Shown here piece by piece: positions 36,996 to 49,856 of a DNA stretch of 64,000 nucleotides. The stretch covers positions 42,904,001 through 42,968,000 of the forward strand of contig OZ024740.1 of NCBI GenBank assembly GCA_964016885.1, read 5' to 3'. How positions within the stretch are numbered: the first letter of the stretch is position 1; each line of letters starts with the position of its first letter. The notes beneath the pieces are model-generated. The model saw nothing but the letters and a program-made list of their open reading frames with translations, was not told where the DNA came from and searched no databases. This stretch comes from Eledone cirrhosa (taxonomy: Eukaryota). A program made the translations under genes and the position numbers.

Positions 36996-39900
36996 ATGAC
37001 CTCACTCAGAATAGGCAGCATAAATGCGCGTGGCTTGGTGTCGTCATGGAAGCAGGGCCACCTGCTCAACGACCCCAGGTCACTAAACATAGATGTAGTG
37101 GCCATCAGCGAGACTAGAATCTCCGAAGCACCGGCCTTCGCACCGATCTTCGGCGGTTACGATGTGTATGCATCTCCCAGCCGTCCGGGATCGGGGGGAG
37201 GAGTTGCTGTGCTTTTTCGGAGAGGTTTGGATCTCGCCATACGGGCCATCTTCCTGGACCCAGGGGGTAAGTTGGTGGTGCTGGACGTGACCAGCGGAGA
37301 CGGGCAAGCTTTCAGGCTAGTGGCCGTCTATGCCCCGACAGGAGCAGGGCGGCCTGATTTCTTCCGGCGTTTGGAGACCTTTCTTGGAACGTCCCGCTCT
37401 TTAGTGTTAGTGGGCGACTGGAACGGGATCTTAGATGCACGCTGGGACTGTGTGGGATTAGCGGATAGGGGTGGAGGGTGCAAGAGCCTCACCAACCTGC
37501 TCAGGCGTTTTGAACTGTCTGACAGGTACCGATTGGATTTCCCGAATGTGCCAATGTGGACCTGGACAAATCGGATAGGGTCATCCAGATCATATCTAGA
37601 TAGAGTATTTTGTAGGGAAATAGATAGGTCTAGCATAGGCTGTCCACAATTCAAGTTAGTCAGCTACACGGACCACAAATTCCTGATCTGTGTGCTTGAC
37701 TTAGATAGACTTCATAGACGAGGACCCGGCTACTGGAAGCTAAACGCGTCCTTACCAGCGCACAAGGCCCACAGAGACCGGATTAGCGAACTAGTTAAGC
37801 GGGCGTTGACGGGGGCCATCGTCAACAACAAGTGGTGGTTTGCTATGAAAAGAGCGATTAGAATAGAATCGATTAGGTTTAGTAAGGCTTTAGCAATAGA
37901 GAAAAATAGAGCAGAGGGAGAACTAGTTAGAAAATTAGACGAGACGCTTAGCAAAGGCATTGGGACCGACGTGCTTGCGGCAAAATTGGCCCTTGACCAA
38001 TTCTTCAATGCAAAGCACGAAGGCTGCGTTGTCAGAGCTAGGGTGCGTGCTCTCAGACACGAGGGGACGAAAGCCGTTCAATGGGCCCGAGTGGTGGAGG
38101 CGCGTCGCGGCAACAAAGCCACGATCCTGTCTTTGGTGGACCACGACGGGCGCATGCTACTCGATCCCGGGCAAATGTGTGAAGCTTTTCAGCGACACTT
38201 CGCTCAGCTGTTCGGGGGCAGCGGTGGGCCGGGTCGAGGGATGGACTTTAGTGTCTACCTCGACGGACTGCCGCGGCTCTCGGCCACTGAGGCGGAGTGT
38301 TGCGAAAAGCCGATAACAGCCGCTGAAGTAAGGGAGGCAATGACTGGCTGCACAAGGGGTAAATCGCCTGGTTTGGATGGTCTACCCTATGAACTTTACG
38401 TACAGATGCCAGACTTGTTCGGAGGCCTCTTGTCGGACGTCTACTGCAACTGGCAACAGAACGGGAGAATTCCCAGTTCTGTGAGCCGAGGAGCGGTGGT
38501 ACTGCTGAGAAAGGATCCGAACAAGGGCGATAATATAGATAATTTCCGGCCCATAACTCTGCTAAACACAGAGTTCAAGATTTTGGCTAAGGTGCTAGCA
38601 AAGAGATTGGTGCTTATCGTTTGTGGTCTGGTGGGAGAGGCGCAGACATGCGCCATTCCCGACAGACCCATCCACGACAACCTCCACCTCATGCGATACA
38701 TCGTAGAGAGGGTAGCTAGGGAACCTGGCACGGGTGGGTCCTTGATCAATTTAGATCAGTCGAAAGCTTTCGATAGTGTCGACCATCGTTACCTAGCGGC
38801 AGTCCTGATAGTGGCTGGCTTTGGGCCCGTCTTCAGAGGCTGGATCGCTGCCATGCACAGCGACATCTGCTCTGTGGTGACAGTGAACGGTCACCTTTCG
38901 GAACCGTTCAACATCATGCGCTCGGTCCGCCAAGGATGTCCCCTCTCGTCCCTCTTGTACGTATTGACTCTCGAGCCATTACTGCACAAACTGGAGACGT
39001 TGAGAGGCGTCCCGCGCGAACTAGGATGCGGAAGATCCGTGTCAGCATATGCGGACGATGTCACCGTAGTGGTGTCGAACGCCAAACACATCCAGGCGAT
39101 CGGCACTACACTAAGAGAATACGAAGCGGTGACAGGAGCAACGATCAACCAGGAAAAGACAGTGGGCCTGCAGCTCGGCAGCTGGAGAGGCAGGTCCATG
39201 CCGTCCAACAGCGTCGTCGGACGCTGGACGGACGGACCGGTTAAATTGCTAGGGGTCTGGTTCGGTCGGGACCTCCAGACGGACAAAAACTGGGACGAGG
39301 TGACGAGCAGTGTGGCTTCTCTCACCCAGAAATGGGAGGAGAGGAAGCTATCCCTGAAAGGTTGAGTGGAGATGGCTAACGCGTACATTGCGTCTGTCAT
39401 CTGCTACCGCCTGACCGTCGTACCTTGTCCTAAGCCCCGCCTGACTGCGCTGGAGCGATTGCTCTTTCGCTTTTTGTGGAAGGGACGCGCTCCGATGGTC
39501 AGGCGGTCCATCTGCTGTCAACACCCGCTACGTGGAGGGCTGGGAATGCCGTGGCTGATGATGCGCAGACACGCGCGCAGGCTACGACATCTCCACCTCT
39601 TCCTCGACGGTGATCAGGTGTGGTCACCGTTTGCTAGACACGTATTTCCCCAGCTCGTTTCCTTGACGGAGCTGCAGTCTTGGGTCAAGCGAAGACCGAG
39701 GGGGAGCACCTGGAGACTGGAATGTCTTCAGGCGCTCACAGCCCTCGACCAATCGGGCAATGTGATCGGTGGAATTACCACCTCGGCGTTCTATAGAGGA
39801 TTAGTGGAGGGGAAGAGCGACGAAAATCAACTAGCCAATCTAGTTGATCTAGGCGTTGACGAAAATCAACTAGCCAATCTCTTCGGAAGAACTTTCGGGC

Positions 39901-40432
39901 CGGGACCTATGGACAATTTCCAGAAATCTCTGGCCTGGCAGTGCTACCGAGGAGCCTTGCCAGTTCGGGATAAACTCTACAGGCATGGAGGTGCCGTCAG
40001 CCGGGCATGTCCGAGATGCGCGCAGGGCGACGAAACCGTCCTGCACGCACTCGTCCAGTGTCCGAAAATTGCTAACTTGTGGGTTTATGTCGAACACCTG
40101 CTGTCGCGTGTAGGACGGATCCGGCTATCATCTGAGTCCATCGTGAGGATTGCCCCGCCCTCTTCCTTTAGCCCTTTAGCCGGGAAGGGCAGGCAGTTTT
40201 TATCTGCCTGGTGGCCATGGCGAAAGAGATAGTATGGTGGACACGTTTGAAAAGGCTGAAGACGAGCACTTACCTCTTCGGTGATGCCCTGATTGACTTT
40301 TTCAAATTTCATTTGAAAAGGAAAATCAGAGTAGAGAGAGAAGTGCTCTCTTCCCAGCATTTTGTTGAAAGATGGGTGACAGAAGCAAGAATGGCCCGAG
40401 TGAATGGGCCAACTCTGAGTACGTATCTGTAA
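36996..40432 (+). pseudogene. Tx1/L1 ORF2 (APE endonuclease + reverse transcriptase + zf-RVT)
   Basis: GSINARG, SET, YAP, GDWN, YLDR, TDH; KSPGLDG, FRPITLL, DQSKAFD, RQGCPLS, YADD; CPRC..HALVQC; in-frame stop 39363-39365, frameshift near 40170. Confidence 0.93.
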
Positions 40433-40703
40433 ATTAAAGGTGGAAAACTGGGAGAGGGCACTTGCCTTGGTGGTCAGGGTCACTGTGGCCTTTTACTGGG
40501 CTTTCTCCACAAATGTCCCTCCGAAGTCTCCCCCCTATTGGGGAATTTTTCATTGTTATTTTTTTTGTTACATCCTCTGTTTTTGTTTTTTACAGGCAGA
40601 AATGTACCGTCCTGTATTGTCCTGCACTGTCCTTAATGTCTACTTTATGTAAACCCTTGTGGTTAATAAAGAAATCATTATTATTATTATTATTATTATT
40701 ATT

Positions 40704-43700
40704 ACAGTTGCATTTATCTTGCTTTATGTTCATACGAGTTATCACCAAGTCACAACCAGTGACCTCAAGAGACAACAAGGTCCGCCATGTTCAAGAAAGA
40801 ACATACATACTCACACATGCATCTTTAGTGTTTAGACTTGTGATGTACTTATATTGACAGAATCTTCCTTAGTATATGGGCAGTTCCCATTGGTACTATC
40901 TTTTGTATTTCTCCTATACGCGGGTTTCCTGGGATTTGCGATAAGTAATCATTAGACCCCTTAGGTATCATTCCCAGAGCGCCTACAACCACTGGTATTG
41001 TTTTAGTTCTCAATTTCCACATTTTTCTAATTTCTATCTCCAGGTCCTTATACTTGCTCAATTTTCCAAATGTTTTTATAGATACATTCTTGTCTATTGG
41101 AACAGACATATCAATTAGCAGGCATACCCTCTTTTTGAAGTCCTTCAATATTATATCAGGTCTATTTGCATCTATTTTTCGGTCTGTTTGGATGCTAAAG
41201 TTCCACAAGTTGAGATGTGATCTTTTTCAAGTATGGGAGGTGGTTGATGCTCCCACCAATTCTTTTGATGGGGCAGGTCAAAATGCTTACACATTATCCA
41301 ATGTATGTATTGTGCAGCTCTGTCATGCCTGTTTAGGTATTCGGTTGGAGCTATAGGACTGCACATTGAAATTATATGGTCAATGGTCTCTGGTTGTTTT
41401 TTGCATACACGGCATAATGGGCTGCAACCATTTTTTATTATGTTGGCTTGGTAATTTTTTGTTGGCAGACACTGATCTTGTGCCGATATAATCAGTCCTT
41501 CAGTCTCCGATTTCAGCCCAGAGGATGCCAACCACTGATGGGTGAAAGTTTTGTCAACATCAGGATTGTTAGCTCGCTCTGGGTATTTTCCATACAGAGG
41601 CTTTTCTTGCCATTTCTTAGCCAGTTTCTGTAGCAGTTCTTTCTTTGCAGTTACTTTTACCTGCTTTGCTTTTTCTGTGTTTTCCATTTCAGCAGTAAAT
41701 AGGACTTCTGAAATGTGTAGTCCATTACTGTATCTTTGTGCATCTTTTGTAATGGAATATGATCTTTTGATGCTTTCGTGTTTCAAAACGAGTTTGATCA
41801 TCCAATCATGTGATTCCCTTAGATACGTAGATAATCCAATTGTTGCAGTTTTCAACGCAATGTCTAACTGGATTAACCCACGTCCTCCTTCTTTCCTAGG
41901 GAGATATATTCTATCTATATCTGCCTTAGGGTGATGCATTCTGTGCATGGTTAAGAGTTTTCGAATTTTTGTATCGAGCCTACGGATCTCTGTGCTTGAC
42001 CAGTTGATGACATTGTAACTGTAGGTTACTACTGGTATGGCAAGCGTGTTTATGGCATCGATCCTATTCCTTGCATTCAATTCCGTTCTTAAGATTGCTC
42101 TTACTCTGCGGTAACATTCCTTCCTTATCCTTTCCCTCATTGTCGAGTGCTTGATTCCGTCTCCTTCACAAACACCTAGATATTTGTAAGTTTTTTCTTG
42201 ATCAAGTTCTCTTATCACGTTCCCCCGATCAAGATTAATGTCTGAACTCTTCAGCAGCTTTCCTCTGGTGAACGTTGCTTTGGCGCATTTGTCTAGTCCA
42301 AACTCCATTTTAATGTCATCACTGAACTGCTCCACAGTGGATAATAGCCCTTGCAATTGTTCATAATTTTTTGCAAATAGTTTCAGGTCATCCATGTAGA
42401 ACAAGTGATTAATGGTTTTGTCATAGACTTTATATCCATGTTTTGTTTCATTGAGCATTTTACTTAATGGTATAAGTGCGATGCAGAATAAAAGCGGTGA
42501 TAAAGAGTCACCCTGAAAAATTCCACAATTAATATTAACTTCTCCAGCTTCCAGTGATTTTGTTTCACTATTCAAAAGGAGTGTCGTTTTCCATGTCTTC
42601 ATACTGAATGACAAAAACCTCCTGACAACGGGGGCTATTTTGAAAATCTCTAAACATTTTTCAATCCAACTGTGTGGCAAACTATCGAATGCTTTTTTAT
42701 AATCTATCCAAGCAATCGATAGATTTTTGTGTCTATTATGACAATCTTCCAGTATCATTTTGTTAACCAGAAGCTGATCCTTACAGCCATATGAGCCTCG
42801 TTTACACCCTTTCTGCTCAATGGGAAATAGGTCATTTGTTATCAGGTGGTCATATGTGTATTCAGTTAGGACTGATGTTAAAATTGTATACATTGTGGTC
42901 AAGCAAGTTATCGGTCTGTAATTTTGGGGATTGTTTGTCCCATCATTCTTCGGAAGCAGGAATGTAATGCCGTTAACTAGCCATAATGGTATCTTTTCTG
43001 GCTCTTTAACTATTTCATTGTAAAGTTGGGTTAACAGCTCATGAGACTCTGTGAAGGCATTTATCCAAAAGTTTTGTATTTTGTCTTTCTGGGGATTTCC
43101 ATTTGCTGGTTTTTCTTAGAGCCAAGCGCAACTGTTCAACTGTTATATTTTCCCATATTTGTTCCTCAAGGTGAGCTGTATCTTTCATTTGTCTGTCTGT
43201 CCATGGGGCATGTATGTTATGAACTTTTTCTTCGGCCCAGATCTTTTCCCAGAATTCTTGCACTTCCTCCTTGGGTGGTATTAATTTAGCAGTTATTGTT
43301 GACTTACCAATTTTTCTGTAGAAGTTTCTTTGGTTGTTTTTGAACATATTATTGTCCTTATAGAATCTAGATCGTTTTTCAAAGCGCCTTATACGAGCAG
43401 CTTTGGCCGACACTTTTTGTTTGATTATTTCTATCAGCATGTCTATGTCACTTGTTGATTTTATACTGTACTTTTTTTTCAATTTTCTAAGTTTAGTTTG
43501 TTTAACATGTTCACCTACTTTATAGTTTGTTAAAATTTCTATGTCAGATCGGAGAAGGTTTATTTGGCGATTGATGTTCTCTTGCCAAGTAGATTTCTTG
43601 TGGGAATTCCTTTGTTTTTTCATCTTCACTCCACATAAGTGAGTGGTGACTTTAGCCGATGCATAATAGAGATGATTTAAATCAGTAATGTTTAGTTTGT

Positions 43701-44740
43701 TGGTGATGATAATGTTTTTGAGAATTATGTTAGTATTGTGTATTATCTGTTGGTTCTGTTTGGAGTTCTGGATCTTAGGGAGGGTGTCTCGTTTCCCCAT
43801 GTCAGATTCTTTCATTTTCGTCCATTCGATCATAATTTCATCCTCCAAGTTGGCAAGTTCATTCTCATTCATTTCTTTATCATTTACGATCTCATTATTT
43901 TCATTTGGAGTTTCATCTTGAGCATGCACTCCCTCCACTTTTTCGATCCTTTCTTTAATTTGTTCTGTTGCCAGTGATTCCGCCCCAACCCTGGGATTGG
44001 AAGTGTTACAATTTACCTCGTTTTCACTGACACATGTTTCATTTTCCCTTCGCTGACTTTGTGCTAATAGCTTGATCTGATCAATTTCTATATCAGTTAG
44101 TAACTTTTTTCTTACAATATTTCTTCGTATATTGGCTAGTTTGTTGCTGTCAATATAGCCTCTGTTTTCGGGATGTTTCTTTTTCCAGTTGATATATGTC
44201 TGTTCTGTATTCGATGTATTTGATGGGTAGTACATGGCAGTGTAGAAAGCCTCAAGGTATTCTTTATTATCTTCCCTTGACCATTTTTCTCTCTTTTTCT
44301 TTGGATTTCTTGGTGGTGAGTATGGAGGGCCAACAGTAGGAGTATTCCGGTTATGGGAGGTCTCCATCTCCGAAGTGCTGGGAAGGTTTGAACCATTAGC
44401 TGATTTTTCGACCCCAGTCTGGTTCCTCTCTGAGGGACGCGGCCCTTTTTTACCCGGGTGACGGCCGATCCGGTATGAGATTTTATCATTAGACATTTAC
44501 TTTATTTTGTCGCGTTTTATCCTTATCCGCCAAAGGGTAATCATTTCGTGTTACCACTTCTAGAACGAGTGTCAACCAAGACTAGAGGGGTCGTTCTCCC
44601 CTAGAGACACGGCTATTCCCCGCCGGCCGCCATCCCGGTATTTCTTGGTCACGGGGTTTTCTTTTTGTTGTTTTTTTTAAAATTGTTATTATCATGAGTG
44701 GTTCCTTAATGTGAGCATTGCGTGGCTTAAGAATGAAATT
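40704..44740 (-). mobile_element. R4/Dong-clade non-LTR retrotransposon family b, near full length
   Basis: ORF remnant 40849-44496: WIDYKKAFD, GIFQGDSLSP, FYMDD, CRVC..HIISMC, RHD, NRPDI..KLSKY; two frameshifts; 3' end in (TAA)n. Confidence 0.92.
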
Positions 44741-44744
44741 ATTA

Positions 44745-44794
44745 ATAATTGTCTCCACTCTAGGCACAAGGCCAGCAATCACCCAGTGCATTAC
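44745..44794 (-). mobile_element. SINE family 1 3' tail fragment
   Basis: ggcacaaggccagcaatcacccagtgcattac matches 2035-2063. Confidence 0.7.
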
Positions 44795-45655
44795 AATAAT
44801 ATAATATACTTTTTGCTGAAGTTGCCTGTTATTGTTGTTGGCTATGTCGGTGGTGGTGCTGGGGATTTTTATATTGTTGGTGAGGAAGAGGTGAGCCAGC
44901 AGTGCCATAGTTTTTGATGTTGACGTTTGGCCGGTGGCCAGGTCACTAAGTCAATCTATTTATATCTTTTGCTAGCTTCTCCCTTGTCTAGTGATACCGC
45001 CACCTTCCCCTTTCTCTCTCAAGTTAACAGGGGAATAGTGGTGGTAGCAATGAAGGAGTGGTGGCGGCGGTGATGGGATAGTGGTAGCAATGATGGATGG
45101 AGTGGTGGCGGCGGTGGCGTTGACGTTACTGAGTTTTGTGATATGTAGTATATATGAGTGTGTGTTGCGTATGTTTAATATACACTGTGTTGACATATTC
45201 CCGTAAAATTGGAATTAAACATTTTGTTATGTTAAAACTTGAGACAATAATAATAGTAATTATTATTATGATGCTGGGATTGGTGGTGGTGGTGGTGAAA
45301 TTGCCGTTATCTGGCTGTTATATTTAGTGTGATGGGGTAGGTTGTATATCAAGTTTCCGGTGTTGGTGAAATTGCTGTTATTTGGCTGTTCTATATAGTG
45401 TAGACAGAGGGTGTTTTCTTCCATTTATAACCATTTTCTTTTTTTAATACAAAATATATAATACAAAATTGAATATTTGAGCGATATAACAATATAATAT
45501 GGATCCGAAATTTTATGGGACTTGACTCGGTGGTTTATGCAACATTTGTACTAAGAATTGTTATTTCACAATTGATTTAAATATGTTAAAAATCAAAAAC
45601 TTACGGGAGCGATTTCATGACCTTCCACCACCTCGTGCGTCTTCTTCCCTATCTC

Positions 45656-45773
<118 letters not shown>

Positions 45774-46156
45774 GGTGGCAGTTGTTTTTGTTGTTGTTCT
45801 TACTGCTGTATTAGAAAACTAGATTTGAGGGAAAGTCAATTTTCTTATGGATTCAATTAAGATAAGTGCCCGAATTGGATAATCTATAAATTACGTGAGT
45901 GAAGCATTTGTGGAGAGGAAATAGAGAAGATATATCAATATACATTTTATCTAGGTAGATGTACATATAAATGAATAAATGGGTGTACACAAAGATTGAC
46001 GTACAGCATATTGGAAGACCCAAATGTAAATACACACACGCCCCCCCCCCCCCCTCCTCCCACATATATATATATATATAAACAAATATAAATTCAGCGA
46101 GAATCGCATTTCGGCGGGTAGAAAAAGCGAAACGTAACGTAAATTCCGAGTCATGC

Positions 46157-46255
<99 letters not shown>

Positions 46256-46288
46256 GATATATATATGCACATAGATATATATATGCAC

Positions 46289-46332
<44 letters not shown>

Positions 46333-46338
<6 letters not shown>

Positions 46339-46482
46339 CGTCCCTTCACGCACAAGGCGCCAAGGTACGCATGTATTGTCCAACCAAGTGCCAATGTGGT
46401 TCAATGGCGGGTTAATAAATTAGTAGGTAAAGTCAATTTTTTAAAATTTACTTTGAAACTTTTTCATTATTTACTAAACCTT

Positions 46483-46488
<6 letters not shown>
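46333..46488. mobile_element. Rearranged fragment of the ~485-nt HHR family (inverted body piece + 3' end) between (TA)n tracts
   Basis: 46333-46422 is the reverse complement of ~63575-63665; 46421-46488 matches 63977-64000 and 63515-63560. Confidence 0.8.
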
Positions 46489-46546
<58 letters not shown>

Positions 46547-47329
46547 TGGATTTACGAAAGTCACGGATGTTATTTCAGCGATTCCCGGCCATGATTCTCT
46601 CACTCAATGAAAGAATAAGGTTGCAATTGTGAAACTGCATCTCGATGTTGGAGTCCACATATAGTAGTCAAATAGCGAGCATAGTGGGTGTGCTTCTTTA
46701 ATGATACGTTATGTATCAGGCTCCTAGACGGATTCCGTTTCGTGCAATATTCGGCCCAACAACAATTATTAACCCTGCAGTTTGCAGAAAATTGTATATT
46801 ATCTGCAGATACTTCGCATTCTGGCAATTGCACTTGCTCAGCAGATGACGCCCACTCAATACATCGGACATTCATATGCGCATACTAGCGAGAATTGCCT
46901 CGATAATAAATATAGCAGTTCTACGCTATCATGACAAGTGACGTCTAATAAGAATAGAGGAAGGCTGTTGTATGAGAAAAAATACGTTATGGTGGGTGGA
47001 TTCAATGTATTTTAATTTGCATCCAAATAAGCATATAGCTAACAATTCCATACCGGTCGGGAAGAACCAGCTCATACTGAGGCTTTATGTAATTCCCAAA
47101 GACAACAGAACAAATATTCATCAAGTCACAGGACCACCAACATGACCTGTCTGTGGAGCCAATATTGCCAGCAACTTCAGACACTCGTTCTTTCTCTCCC
47201 TGGTCATACGCCTCATGATTCAAATATACCCACGGGACAGCAGAAATGACATCCTCAGTAGAATCATCGAATGCAATCTATCTGAGGATCTGTTAGGTCT
47301 TTGTTCGTTTTGTACCATCTTATCTTTGA

Positions 47330-47545
47330 CAATGCTAAGATGGTGTAAAACAGAACAAAGAGTAGACACAAAGTAACAACAAAAGTAGTCATTGTGGAGG
47401 TCACAGATTGGGTGACGAAAGTGCGTTGACAATCAACAAATAAACAAACATCCAGTTATTGGACTAACGAACCGGGAAATTATAATAATATATTGAAGTG
47501 AAACACAAGAGTTGCGTGTGTTTTTATTGGGAGCATCACCATCTC
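47330..47545 (+). mobile_element. pLTR-like element homologous to 13835-14138, decayed HHR at 47388-47430
   Basis: gtca TTGTGGA ggtcac..gtgac GAAA gtgcgt tgac. Confidence 0.6.
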
Positions 47546-47667
47546 AAAGTATCCACCTCTGTTGGTCAACACTATCAGAGAACGAAAGAAAACTTTCCTC
47601 TCTAAATATGTATGTAAAAACTTGATTATTATTCTTATAAATATGCAATTTAAATGCAGTAGGCTTC

Positions 47668-47706
47668 CGTGGTTGAAAAAGCATATAAAGCTGAAACCGG
47701 TACACG
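47668..47706 (+). ncRNA. Minimal type I hammerhead, U3-A8 core variant
   Basis: cgtg(g) TTGAAAA agc atataaa gct GAAA ccg GTA cacg; stem III palindrome accggt; AATAAA ~30 nt downstream. Confidence 0.65.
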
Positions 47707-47822
47707 ATTAAATGCAGAAATCCCTACTTTATGAATAAATTATACTGAAACGATCCCTCCAACATTTTCTACTGAATCTCCTTTTTACTATTTGTTTATA
47801 TACATCAACTATATACATATAC

Positions 47823-48309
<487 letters not shown>

Positions 48310-48342
48310 CATGAATCAAAGTTCTGTTCAAACCACTTATTA

Positions 48343-48387
48343 GCTTACAATTGTCTCGTCCAAACCGAGGTTTGGAGTCTTCGGAGC
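48343..48387 (-). ncRNA. Type I hammerhead-like motif, decayed
   Basis: gct CCGAAGA c tccaaac ctcg gtttgga c GAGA caatt GTA agc; stem III palindrome acaattgt. Confidence 0.6.
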
Positions 48388-49856
48388 AATTTTTCAATGA
48401 TTGACTACATACATGACCTCTTTTCCAACACAAGAGACATACAGATACATATGTATATATCGATGCACAGTGGGTTGACATCCATTATTATATTTTTGCA
48501 TGGCAATTTAAATTCAAAAATTAAAATAATATTAAAACAAAATTAAAGTTAAAATACAACATCGGCAGTTTACGAAGATCATTCAAGAGGATAGTTTGTT
48601 AGTCAGTTGAAGTAGTTAGTGCATGCAATAGCTACACGTGGGGCATGCACGTGTGTCTTATTTATAAAATATTATTGTGCGGCAAGATAATATGCAATAC
48701 AAGCACTTTAAACGGGTAATCAAGTGTATTATGGAGGTTGTAGTGGTAAAGAACTTTTTGTGTATGATAAAGTAGCTTGTGTGCAGAGAAATATTATAAA
48801 TGAGAAGCAAAATAATGTTATGGTTTTTGTATACACCACCATTTTCACAATCCAGGAAACGTAATATATAGTTTATATGTCCTTCACATAATTAACGATG
48901 ATTCAGTATTGGATGTTTGATGTATTAAGTTAAATTATTACAGCTTGTTGCGTCTCAGTGTTCTTTAATCCAATTTTATAGAGTTGGTTGTTTTTGTTGC
49001 GAGAATTTACATCGTTTCATTTTCCGGAAGTATGTGTGTGATTAAGGGGAGTTAATGCGTGAGGGGAGGTAACTAGCTGATTTTTATGACTATATTTATT
49101 CCAATGTACATTAAAAGGTGTCTCAATTGAGTCCCTTATATATATGGTTATATACAGTTTCCAAATTTAAGTTTCCTATCTTTAAATTACAGTCTACTCT
49201 ATCAAGAAGTACTAAAGGTATCTATATTAGGAAGATTACTCCCTATCATAGAGTGCTACAACTGAATATTGCATACGAAGAGTCAGATCTCCATATCAAT
49301 GTTCTTTGTAAATGTAGTCTACTCACAGAACCTGACAGGGTCTTATTAGAACCACGTCTATATATAACCCCTGGTAAGCTCTGCGTCAGCGCATGGCTGA
49401 TTGCATGGCAAAGTTAAATATCTCGAGGGTAGACCAAAGAGCAATTCTGACTTACAATGTCATTAATCTGTCTATCAAGTTATACATGTATGTATAACTC
49501 ATATACCACTTGTACATAATTCATTGTATTCAACATATATGTTATATAGCTCTTTTATGTTAACAAATTAATCTTCTATTTATCTAATGATAGCACTCCA
49601 TACATACAACAATTGCACAAATAATTCAGTGTTTAAAGTTTACATATAATTATATAGTGATATAATGTATTCTAAGTAATTGAAGGTAATTATACTAAAA
49701 GTAGGTGTACATGGGGATATTTCTAGGGTAAAAGGTTTTAGATAGATGTCACGAATTGTGTTAAGATAGGGTGGATCATTGAGTGTGGAGTTGCGGTGTA
49801 AGGTGTGCCCTTGAGGTGTGTTGCTAGAAGTGGGGATGGGTTCAAGTCTGACATTG

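Larger units (their letters stand above)
34840..40676 (+). mobile_element. Tx1/L1-clade non-LTR retrotransposon, near full length, in (ATT)n
   Basis: ORF1 + ORF2 (APE-RT-CCHC), AATAAA at ~40665, (ATT)n on both sides. Confidence 0.92.

Noticed and set aside
48560-49850. Expected HHR/pLTR downstream of Penelope element 1
   Set aside because: No convincing core found by eye; 3' boundary left undefined
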